Assembly: GCA_964645535.1 (NCBI GenBank)
Contig: CAZYCQ010000050.1
Location: 1-21,328, forward strand
DNA from: an uncultured archaeon
Lineage (GTDB): Archaea > Asgardarchaeota > Heimdallarchaeia > Heimdallarchaeales > Kariarchaeaceae
Direction of reading: 5' to 3'
DNA: 21,328 bases
Both the position numbers and the translations under genes were made by a program. A model generated the notes under the pieces. The model saw only the letters and a program-made list of their open reading frames with translations, ran no database searches and was not told the DNA's origin. Each line of letters begins with the position of its first letter. Position 1 is the stretch's first letter. Shown here one piece after another: positions 1 to 8,127 of this stretch.

Positions 1-114
1 AAATACAATTGGAGAAAAAGAGTCACAAAATTAATCCGAGCTTTTACAGTCTTCTTTTTCGGAGTTGTTTTGAATTCTATACTTCCTTCTCTGCTTAATA
101 TTTCTCCTCCATAA
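1..114 (+). CDS. 3' end of an upstream gene (partial), probable membrane protein
   Basis: Frame 1 is open from the window edge to TAA at 112-114: KYNWRKRVTKLIRAFTVFFFGVVLNSILPSLLNISPP*, a basic patch followed by a hydrophobic helix. Confidence 0.5.
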   Translation, partial: KYNWRKRVTKLIRAFTVFFFGVVLNSILPSLLNISPP

Positions 115-173
115 CTTCAATTCTTGATATTTTTCCCAAACTTTATTTTCAATTTTCATTCAGGTAATTTGTA

Positions 174-2021
174 ATGGTTAGGCTGGCAATTGTCGACAAG
201 GATTCATGCAAATCCAATGAATGTTCTTTAGAATGTGTAAAATTCTGTCCTGTTAATCGTACTGGAAAGGATTGTATTGTGATTGAAGAATCCAAGGCAC
301 GGATTTCTGAAATTTTATGTAATGGCTGTGCAATCTGCGTAAAGAAATGTCCATTTGATGCAATTACAATAATCAATTTACCGGAATCTTTGGACAAAGA
401 TATTACACACAGATATGGTCCAAATCAATTCAAACTCCATCGTTTACCTATCCCTCGGAAAAATGCAGTAATTGGATTGGTGGGACAAAATGGTGCTGGT
501 AAGTCTACATCATTGAAAATTCTTTCCGGTGAAATAAAGCCAAATTTGGGTCATTTTGATAATCCTCCCGATTGGGATGAAATTATTGCTAATTATAGAG
601 GTAGCCAACTTCAAAATTATTTCAAAGAACTATCTATGAATAACCTCAAAGTAGCAATAAAACCTCAAAATATTGAACTTATTCCTAAGGTTGCTAGGGG
701 CGTTGTTAGCCAGCTCCTTGAAAAGGTAAATGAGCGTGGTTTTACAATTGAAGGATTAAAGGAGGAGTTCAATCTTGGAAATATTTGGAATCGATCACTA
801 AACCAACTAAGTGGAGGGGAGCTTCAACGAGTGGCTATAGCTGCAACCTTGGTGAAAGATGCTGATGTTTACTTCATTGATGAACCAAGTAGTTATCTTG
901 ATGTAAAAGAACGCCTTCGAGTTGCAAGGCTCATTAGAAATCTCATTGAAGAAGAAAAAATGGTCTTAGTAGTAGAACATGATTTGACAATTTTAGATTA
1001 TCTAAGTGATTACATCCATATTTATTATGGTGAAGCTGGTGCATATGGTGTTGTAACACACCCCCTTTCCGTCAGAGAAGGAATTAACATATTTCTTGAA
1101 GGATATATTCCTTCAGAAAATATGAGATTCCGAAATGAACCAATTAAGTTTCAAAAAACAGATCTTTTAGGTATCATGTCTCATCGTCTCAAGCCTTTCA
1201 TCTCTTATGGTGCAATGACGAAAGCTTATGACACTTTTAAAGTTGAAGTTCAGGCTGGATCCTTATATAATGGAAATATCGTTGGAATCGTTGGTCCAAA
1301 TGGAATTGGAAAAACAACTTTTGTTAAGTTGATTGCTGGAAAAATTGAACCTACAACCATTGAAGGGGAAATAGTACTCCTTCAGCCAAGAAAGGTGGAA
1401 GAGGATGAAGAGGAAAATGCGGAAGAAGAAACCTTAAATCTAACAATTTCTTACAAACCGCAATATTTGAATGAAATCAAAGAATTGGGAATTACTGTTG
1501 AAATGTATTTGAAACAGTTTGATCCAACCGCGATTTATTCATCATTTATCAAAACTGAATTACTTTCTCCTTTGGATGTTGAGAAACTTTTAAACAGAAC
1601 CTTAGATACTTTAAGCGGTGGCGAACTTCAAAAAGTTGCAATTGCGGCATGTCTTCTTAAGGATGCTGATTTATATTTGATCGATGAACCTTCGGCATTT
1701 ATTTCTGCAGAAGATCGTGTGAGAATGGCAAAAGCAATTCGTAGATTAGTTATGCATAGAAAATCCACTGCTCTCGTAATAGAACATGATCTCTTATTGC
1801 AGAGTTATATTGCGGATCGGATAATTTATTTTGAAGGTGAACCTGGAAGATGGGGGAAAGCCAGCCACCCTATGTCTGTAAGGGATGGAATGAACGCTTT
1901 CTTAAAAGACCAAGGAATCACTTTTCGTACAGACCCTCAAACAAAACGACCCCGCGTCAATAAGCTAAATAGTAAGCTAGATAAGCAACAAAAAGCCCAA
2001 GGCAACTATTTCTTATCTTAG
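174..2021 (+). CDS. rli1: ABCE1/Rli1 ribosome recycling ATPase
   Basis: N-terminal 2x[4Fe-4S] domain (CKSNECSLECVKFCP...CNGCAICVKKCP), HRYGPNQFKLHRLP, two NBDs (GQNGAGKS/LSGGELQ/DEPSS; GPNGIGKT/LSGGELQ/DEPSA) and C-terminal TFRTD...RPRVNK. Confidence 0.98.
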   Translation: MVRLAIVDKDSCKSNECSLECVKFCPVNRTGKDCIVIEESKARISEILCNGCAICVKKCPFDAITIINLPESLDKDITHRYGPNQFKLHRLPIPRKNAVIGLVGQNGAGKSTSLKILSGEIKPNLGHFDNPPDWDEIIANYRGSQLQNYFKELSMNNLKVAIKPQNIELIPKVARGVVSQLLEKVNERGFTIEGLKEEFNLGNIWNRSLNQLSGGELQRVAIAATLVKDADVYFIDEPSSYLDVKERLRVARLIRNLIEEEKMVLVVEHDLTILDYLSDYIHIYYGEAGAYGVVTHPLSVREGINIFLEGYIPSENMRFRNEPIKFQKTDLLGIMSHRLKPFISYGAMTKAYDTFKVEVQAGSLYNGNIVGIVGPNGIGKTTFVKLIAGKIEPTTIEGEIVLLQPRKVEEDEEENAEEETLNLTISYKPQYLNEIKELGITVEMYLKQFDPTAIYSSFIKTELLSPLDVEKLLNRTLDTLSGGELQKVAIAACLLKDADLYLIDEPSAFISAEDRVRMAKAIRRLVMHRKSTALVIEHDLLLQSYIADRIIYFEGEPGRWGKASHPMSVRDGMNAFLKDQGITFRTDPQTKRPRVNKLNSKLDKQQKAQGNYFLS

Positions 2022-2030
2022 GGGATCATT

Positions 2031-2858
2031 ATGTTTTGCAAAAATTGTCGGCAAGAAGTTCGATCTTATGCCTTCAAAGTTTTTTATATTGGCTCATTTT
2101 TTTCTGGTTTTCAACGTCAACCTCATGGATTTACAATTGAAGATTTCTTGGAATCTGCATTTATCAACCAAGGGTATATCTGCAATTTCCATTCACATAA
2201 TTATCGTGCAGTTAGTCGAACTGATGTTGGGGTAAACGCAATTTCAAACGTTTTCTTTGTCGATCTTCCCCATGATCCTGAAATTGGGGGTCTTAATAAT
2301 GCTCTGCCTTCTAATCAATCTATTCTTCTTCTCTGTTGGGCAAGAGTTGGTTCTCCTAATGATTTATATCCTGTAAAATATAAGATCTACCGATACTTTC
2401 TTCCTATTAGTATGACAATCCCAAAAGAAAATCTTAGGCTCCTTTCAGACATGATTGGGACTTATGACTTTACTCCATTTATAAAAAGGGATAAAAAAGC
2501 ATCCCAAAAAAATATTTGCAAAATCTATTCTATCGATTTTCAAACTCAAAATGATGGAATGGTAATTCAGTTTGTTGGAGACCACTTTGGTTGGAAGCAA
2601 ATTAGAAAAATGATGGGCTTCATAGCAACGTTACAAACACCCCATGATTTAGAAAAAATTTTGATTAACAAAAATGTAATAGAAGCTCCTCCCTTTCCCG
2701 GTGAATTTTTAACTCTATTTCACATTCAATTCTCATCCTCCCCCTCATGGAAATGCCAAAAAATGGAAAAAATACTTGAAAGGAAAAAGCTTTCCCTTGA
2801 ACTCCAAATGCATAAAATTCAATGGTATCGGAAATTATTTTCATCGGTACAGAATTAA
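2031..2858 (+). CDS. truA: tRNA pseudouridine(38-40) synthase TruA family
   Basis: YIGSFFSGFQRQP motif, catalytic SRTDVGVNA, YRY, GTYDF and F.WKQIRKMMG; 9 nt downstream of rli1. Confidence 0.88.
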   Translation: MFCKNCRQEVRSYAFKVFYIGSFFSGFQRQPHGFTIEDFLESAFINQGYICNFHSHNYRAVSRTDVGVNAISNVFFVDLPHDPEIGGLNNALPSNQSILLLCWARVGSPNDLYPVKYKIYRYFLPISMTIPKENLRLLSDMIGTYDFTPFIKRDKKASQKNICKIYSIDFQTQNDGMVIQFVGDHFGWKQIRKMMGFIATLQTPHDLEKILINKNVIEAPPFPGEFLTLFHIQFSSSPSWKCQKMEKILERKKLSLELQMHKIQWYRKLFSSVQN

Positions 2859-2887
2859 ACTTTTTTCTTCTTTGGATCTATTTACAC

Positions 2888-4951
2888 TTAAAATGAAATC
2901 TGACCTTCTTTTGACTTATACCTTAGAAAAACCATTATTGCAGTGGATCCCGCTACTAATATGGCAGATAGACCAATATTGCTAACCGGAAATCCTTGTG
3001 TATTTCCTTGATTTCCTGTTGTATTTTCTCTATTATTTACTCTTTGAATTTCTGTAACCTCTTTCATATATACTAACTTTACGTCATTATAATCCCCCAT
3101 TGAAAGAATTGCTTGGATAGTGACATTTCCTTTAATTTTGAAAAACGGTATCCAAGTTATTTCTTTTTCAATTTTTGTTCTCCCATAACTTGTCTCATCT
3201 ACTTTCAATTCAAGAAACATATCATTTGTATATCTCGAGAAATTTTGGATTGTAATCATAAAGCCATAAAACGTCGAATTAGATATTGGTTCCACTGTCC
3301 AAGAAATCGGATGTTCTAAAACCTCAATAGATATTTCTGTTCTCAAGCTTCGATATCCTTCTTTTTCTAAAGTCAATTGAACGGTAATATTCCCTTTATC
3401 AAGCACAAAACTAGGTACCATGATCGATGTGTCTGTATAAGTCAAAGGAAAACTTAAGTTTGATGAAAGCGTGAAACCTGTCAATCTTTCACCCGTTTTA
3501 AAAGAAAAAAGACTAATTGGTATTTGATTATCTTGTAACCTATCAATCTGAACAAGTTTAGGAATAACAACTCTCATAAGTTCAAGATTGATGATAAACT
3601 CTTTAACAAACCCAAATCCCGTTCTATTTAACCCAATAAAGAAAATTGATTGTCTTCCCCAATTGCTTGGAACAATAAACGATATATTTTGTTCATTTAT
3701 TTCCGTCGATATCCAATCAGTCTCATTAAAAACAACCCCTTGGGTAATGTTTGCTTGATTCTTAAAACTAACGGTTTCTCCTTGAATTATTTCTTGTTCA
3801 TTCACACTCAATTCTATTAACTCAACTTGTCCCTCAATTCTCAAATTTCCATGAATTCTATCAAAAAAAAGAATAGATTCATTGTTAATTTTGGTTTTGA
3901 CTCCATCATCAATGGAAAAATTAATCATGAATTTCGGAAATTCAATGAAGGCATTTTTTACCTCTTCCTCAAAGGTCATTGAACCATTATAGTGGATTTG
4001 TAATACATCAAAGGAAAATTTGCCCTGAATTGTCGAATTTTCACTATAGACCCGGACAAATCTAACATATCCTTGAATTTTCTGAACTAAACTCAAATTA
4101 TAGGATTGATGTTTATTGAGATAAAATGTCGAATTGAATTCCATTGGAGACCCGTTAATTTTAATTCCGTCAGAAGTATGATTAACACTACTTATCCAAT
4201 TGAATTTTGAGAATTGATAGCTTAAATTCAACCCATTGTTGTTATATGCAAAAAACCGGATTTTTTCAAGTGTAACTGGTGCAGTAAGATTAGTTGTCTC
4301 AATCATGTCATTTACACTGAAAATAAAATATTTTGAGCTGGGGTATAAATAAGCCGCAGTATTTGGATCCTTAAAAGTTTCAAACGAGGTAATTGCACTT
4401 GTACTGCCATTTAATACTATTCCTACTACAAATTGTTTTTCGATCTCTGCAAAAACAAGTTCAATCCTAAAAATCGCAAAATCCCCTTCCATAAACCTGA
4501 ATTGTGCATTTTGAATTTCAATCTCCAAATAATCCGAATTGCTATGGATGGGAATATTCACCTCTTGTTCAAGGTCACTAAAAAAGTTGTGGGATTTTTT
4601 GACAATTAACAGTTGATCTATTGTTTCAATAACCAAATCTCCCGTTGCATTTTGATTAATCCATTCTGTCTTGTTTGTTCCCAGATATTGCCTTGCTAAC
4701 CTCATATCTTCAATTAAAAGTTTAGTGTCATTAAGGGACGGTTCAATTTGAACCTTCCTGTTTGTCGAATTAAGAAAATATTCTTTTGAATAATTGACTC
4801 TTGCAAATGTGTCTAGACTAGTATTATAGGACTCTTTATTTTCATTGATTTGTTTTGGTGTGGTCTGATATGTTGCAAGAGATATTCCAGTTGACAAGCT
4901 CAAACTAACACAAAGTAATAGAATCAAAAGACTCTGTATTATCGATTTCAC
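2888..4951 (-). CDS. Secreted, C-terminally membrane-anchored surface protein of unknown function
   Basis: GTG start; signal peptide MKSIIQSLLILLLCVSLSLS; beta-rich Asn/Thr-rich body with many N-x-S/T sequons; low-complexity linker; C-terminal TM helix followed by a basic tail (RYKSK). Confidence 0.75.
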   Translation of the reverse strand: MKSIIQSLLILLLCVSLSLSTGISLATYQTTPKQINENKESYNTSLDTFARVNYSKEYFLNSTNRKVQIEPSLNDTKLLIEDMRLARQYLGTNKTEWINQNATGDLVIETIDQLLIVKKSHNFFSDLEQEVNIPIHSNSDYLEIEIQNAQFRFMEGDFAIFRIELVFAEIEKQFVVGIVLNGSTSAITSFETFKDPNTAAYLYPSSKYFIFSVNDMIETTNLTAPVTLEKIRFFAYNNNGLNLSYQFSKFNWISSVNHTSDGIKINGSPMEFNSTFYLNKHQSYNLSLVQKIQGYVRFVRVYSENSTIQGKFSFDVLQIHYNGSMTFEEEVKNAFIEFPKFMINFSIDDGVKTKINNESILFFDRIHGNLRIEGQVELIELSVNEQEIIQGETVSFKNQANITQGVVFNETDWISTEINEQNISFIVPSNWGRQSIFFIGLNRTGFGFVKEFIINLELMRVVIPKLVQIDRLQDNQIPISLFSFKTGERLTGFTLSSNLSFPLTYTDTSIMVPSFVLDKGNITVQLTLEKEGYRSLRTEISIEVLEHPISWTVEPISNSTFYGFMITIQNFSRYTNDMFLELKVDETSYGRTKIEKEITWIPFFKIKGNVTIQAILSMGDYNDVKLVYMKEVTEIQRVNNRENTTGNQGNTQGFPVSNIGLSAILVAGSTAIMVFLRYKSKEGQISF

Positions 4952-4971
4952 AGAAAAAGATTACCATCATC

Positions 4972-4979
4972 ATTTATAA
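4972..4979 (-). promoter_or_regulatory. TATA-like box for the 4951 gene
   Basis: TTATAAAT on the minus strand, 21-28 nt upstream of the GTG start. Confidence 0.45.
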
Positions 4980-4988
4980 ATTCCTGAA

Positions 4989-5297
4989 CTATGCAATTTC
5001 TACTTCAATTCTTAGGTCTTCTGGAACATTAAGTTTCATTAACATTGTCATTGCTTGAACCTCTGCCTCAAGATCAACAATTCTTTTATGAATTCGCATT
5101 TCATAATGTTCCCATGTCTGCGTACCATTGCCACATGGCGATTTTCTAACAGGAATAATGACCTTTTTTGTTGGGAGTGCCACTGGACCACTCATTTTAA
5201 CTCCAGTTTTTTCACTAATCAACTTCAACTCATGTGTGATTTTTCTCAGCGATTCCGTATTGGTCGACAATAATCTTATTCTTGCCCTATGAACCAT
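4989..5297 (-). CDS. rps10: 30S ribosomal protein uS10
   Basis: ARIRL...GPVALPTKK...RKSPCGNGTQTWEHYEMRIHKR matches the archaeal uS10 signature. ATG at 5297 (after GTGAGG) is preferred over TTG at 5306. Confidence 0.96.
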   Translation of the reverse strand: MVHRARIRLLSTNTESLRKITHELKLISEKTGVKMSGPVALPTKKVIIPVRKSPCGNGTQTWEHYEMRIHKRIVDLEAEVQAMTMLMKLNVPEDLRIEVEIA

Positions 5298-5345
5298 TGT
5301 TCTCAATCCTCACTTACTGATCTTTATTTTATACCTTCGCATCCG

Positions 5346-5567
5346 TTACTCTAGAGACTCCAATGTCTGGATCTTACCTTCTTTGATTTGTCTCATCAAC
5401 CGAGTAACGTATCCTGCAATTTGGTTTCTTTGCCTTTTTCCTTGGACATCTGTAACTTCTTGAACAACTTCTTTATTGTGTTGAAAGTCTAAATTCAGTT
5501 TGTCATAAAAATTCACAACTATGGTCTTTGCAATCCTTTTGATTTGTTTTGACCTTACTTTTCCGAT
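5346..5567 (-). CDS. rps17e: 30S ribosomal protein eS17 (S17e), apparent non-canonical ATC start
   Basis: Minus strand reads (ATC)GKVRSKQIKRIAKTIVVNFYDKLNLDFQHNKEVVQEVTDVQGKRQRNQIAGYVTRLMRQIKEGKIQTLESLE*; DF..NK and RN.IAGYVT are eS17 hallmarks. Absent from the ORF track. Confidence 0.93.
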   Translation of the reverse strand: MGKVRSKQIKRIAKTIVVNFYDKLNLDFQHNKEVVQEVTDVQGKRQRNQIAGYVTRLMRQIKEGKIQTLESLE

Positions 5568-5660
5568 AATATCATCTCTCCTGTTTAATTTTTATATTGA
5601 CCCAATTTTTTTAAATCTGATGTTGGATTACACCCTTCTTTTGAAATGCTTTTAATTTCC

Positions 5661-6464
5661 TTATACCTTTGTGGTTGATTCTATCCTAAACCCTCCGTCT
5701 AGTGAAGGTGAAATTTCCAAGATTTCCGATTGTAAGGATACTCCTGCTAATTTTGCAATATAAAATATGTGTTGCAGACTATTTCCTCGAAATTCAGTAT
5801 CAAAGTCAATTAACCCTGTTGCATAATTTGTTATAAGACGTTCACTAACATCATTTAGTATCCCCTTTGGCAATATGAAAAAGTGTACTCCTCCAATATG
5901 AAAAATAATGTCCAATATATCTTTAATGAATTCCAATACTTTTGATGGCCTTTGATCAAGATCATTCTCTTTTAACCAAAGCAAATCATCCACAACTGAA
6001 AAACAATCAACTCCTGAATTTTTTCGTATTTGAAGGATCTTTTCATAAGTTTGCTTTAAGAATGTTTTTCTTTTGATGTCAATTTTCCCAATTTTTGAAG
6101 AGGAGGCAGTATGTGATGAGGTTATCGTCCACATGTCAATTAATTCAAGACGACCGCTTTCAATCAGGGGTTTTATATTCCAATTATATGCCTCAAAACT
6201 TTTCATCAATTGTGCTTTTGGTTTTGATGAATGGAAATAAAACCCTTTTGAGTTTGGAAATTGTTCCAAGAAGTTGAGTTGGATTTTTTGCGCAAAAAGG
6301 GTTCCTAGATTTGTATTAGGTGGGATTTGTATAAGAACCAAGCTTCCTTCCGGGAAACCATTATCTTCTGAAAAATCTCTTCCAAGCAATTGATCTAATG
6401 CCTGTATCTTGGTTGGAAAAAATTTGCTTGATGAATTTGGTGAAGCTTCTGAAAATGTTTCCAT
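5661..6464 (-). CDS. KaiC/RAD55-like RecA-fold protein with degenerate P-loop
   Basis: PTKIQALDQLLG...GFPEGSLVLI N-terminus typical of KaiC/RAD55; Walker A position reads IPPNTNLGT (no GKT); Walker B-like VVDDL; AKLAG where the family has RKMRG. Confidence 0.75.
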   Translation of the reverse strand: METFSEASPNSSSKFFPTKIQALDQLLGRDFSEDNGFPEGSLVLIQIPPNTNLGTLFAQKIQLNFLEQFPNSKGFYFHSSKPKAQLMKSFEAYNWNIKPLIESGRLELIDMWTITSSHTASSSKIGKIDIKRKTFLKQTYEKILQIRKNSGVDCFSVVDDLLWLKENDLDQRPSKVLEFIKDILDIIFHIGGVHFFILPKGILNDVSERLITNYATGLIDFDTEFRGNSLQHIFYIAKLAGVSLQSEILEISPSLDGGFRIESTTKV

Positions 6465-6486
6465 TACATATTTGAGTTGTTTCTAA

Positions 6487-6502
6487 TTTTATAGGTTTTT
6501 CT
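6487..6502 (-). promoter_or_regulatory. BRE-TATA promoter of the 6464 gene
   Basis: AGAAAAAC-CTATAAAA on the minus strand, TATA 23-30 nt upstream of the ATG. Confidence 0.55.
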
Positions 6503-6506
6503 CTCA

Positions 6507-6579
6507 CGAACTTGGGGGGACTCGAACCCCCGGCCTGCAGCTTAGGAGGCTGCCGCTCTTCCTGCTGAGCTACAAGTTC
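6507..6579 (-). tRNA. tRNA-Arg(CCT), intronless, CCA not encoded
   Basis: Cloverleaf: acceptor GAACTTG/CAAGTTC, D arm GCTC/GAGC, anticodon arm GCAGC-CT CCT AA-GCTGC, T arm GGGGG-TTCGAGT-CCCCC, discriminator G. Confidence 0.97.
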
Positions 6580-6691
6580 ACTGTTCTTAACATATCATTT
6601 TCCCATTTATCTTTTTTGAAATATTCATGAAAAATGAAGTTGAAATCTTTTATTTTCCCGAGTTTTTATATTCCAATGGTTAGATCCAATT

Positions 6692-6793
6692 ATGTTTGAC
6701 GTGATTGAATCCACCATTTCCTCGATTGTTATCTTGGTTATTTCTTTTTTGGCAAGTTTCCTCATTTTATCTATTTGTTATTTTCTTGAATAG
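6692..6793 (+). CDS. Possible 33-aa single-TM microprotein
   Basis: ATG...TAG ORF MFDVIESTISSIVILVISFLASFLILSICYFLE; acidic N-terminus plus one hydrophobic helix. Could be chance in T-rich DNA. Confidence 0.3.
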   Translation: MFDVIESTISSIVILVISFLASFLILSICYFLE

Positions 6794-6906
6794 ACTTGTA
6801 GATAAGGCCTTCTAATCCCTTCTCTGAAAAACAAAATGGGGTACTAGTTATTATTTCTTGATTCTTCTGTTTCCGAATTTTAATAATTAATTTTTGGAGA
6901 ACCTGT

Positions 6907-8046
6907 GTGGTCTACATAAAATATTTGCACCTTCATAAACTAAAAATAAAAGGTGAATACTTACCGTTACTTATTTCAATTTTTCCTCTGGTGGGTTTTG
7001 CACGTTCTTCTTTATACAACTTCATTACTTTGGTAGCTACGTTAATTTTTTTAGTAGTGTCTGAAATTTTTTCTTCAATCTTGATTTCAAACAATTTAAA
7101 ATACACTTCCATTCGTGTTAGTGAATTCCTTTTTCTTTCACTTCAAAAAATTTATTACAATAATGGCATTTTAACTCCCACAAACGATGCAAGATTAAGG
7201 TCTATTCTTGCCCAACAAATCGATTATTCTGTTGAGCTTGGATGCCCAACAAAGCTTACTTCCGCAAAAATTGAAAATAAAGAACTTCTAGAAGCAGAAA
7301 AGGCTTTATTCCAACTTGATGATAAATATGCCCTTCATTTACTCATTATTTTTGGATTTCCACTTCTTTATTTCCTTTTAGGTCTTTTTTTTTATATTTC
7401 TTCTTTTAACCTGGTTCTGCTTATTATTTTGTTTTATTCAGTTGCTACTATTTTCTATTCATATTTGTCAGATGAAACTTACTCATTTGAAGGCATTTCA
7501 ATTAGTTTACAAGATATCCTTGGTTCTCCTCCATTCGGATTAAAAGATCTTCAATCCTTTGAATCATATCTTGATCTGAATCAACTCGAGATTTCCCATC
7601 TTCCTATATTGAAACCTCTATCCCAAGCTCAAACCATTGTTGGTACATTACTCCAGAGTACTATTCGATTGCCTCCTAATCTAAAAAGAAAAATTTTCAT
7701 GGAATTCCTTACGTCGTTTCAATCTTTTAAAGAGAAAGAAACTATTTTTCTTGCAAAACAAAAGGTTCAAAAATATAAACACAATTTTGCAATCTTTGCA
7801 ATATCATGTATCCTCGGAATTTTTATTGCAATTTCCCATTCAATTTTTGCATTGTTCTCTACTCTTCCAATGAATGTATTTCCTATTTCTTTTGCTTTTC
7901 CTCCTCTCCTTCCGGAATTCACTGGTCTTCTCTTTGCATCCCTTAACAAAGGCTACTTTAAACCGATTTTTGCTTTTGCATTTTATTACTTCATTTTCAT
8001 TGTCATCACATCTATCTTTTCCAATATCATTTTGTTTCCTAATTAA
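6907..8046 (+). CDS. Polytopic membrane protein, possibly a divergent TadC/GspF (T2SS-F)-like platform protein
   Basis: 379 aa; TM clusters separated by two cytoplasmic helical segments, each ending in a charged helix followed by TM helices (a two-repeat layout). The family assignment rests on architecture only; start codon uncertain. Confidence 0.55.
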   Translation: MVYIKYLHLHKLKIKGEYLPLLISIFPLVGFARSSLYNFITLVATLIFLVVSEIFSSILISNNLKYTSIRVSEFLFLSLQKIYYNNGILTPTNDARLRSILAQQIDYSVELGCPTKLTSAKIENKELLEAEKALFQLDDKYALHLLIIFGFPLLYFLLGLFFYISSFNLVLLIILFYSVATIFYSYLSDETYSFEGISISLQDILGSPPFGLKDLQSFESYLDLNQLEISHLPILKPLSQAQTIVGTLLQSTIRLPPNLKRKIFMEFLTSFQSFKEKETIFLAKQKVQKYKHNFAIFAISCILGIFIAISHSIFALFSTLPMNVFPISFAFPPLLPEFTGLLFASLNKGYFKPIFAFAFYYFIFIVITSIFSNIILFPN

Positions 8047-8127
8047 TTCTTTACCAATTATGAGTTCACTTTGAAACTCCCCTCTGCCCAACATGTTCAT
8101 AAATTCCTCTATCGAAAAGAATGTAGT

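Noticed and set aside
4964-4974. ATGATGATG on the minus strand as a second C box
   Set aside because: No correctly spaced D/D' boxes; it lies in the promoter of the 4951 gene.
5310-5342. Basic micro-ORF MRRYKIKISK between eS17 and uS10 (eL41-like?)
   Set aside because: Only 10 aa, lacks the eL41 KW/RR pattern and length, and overlaps the uS10 SD region.
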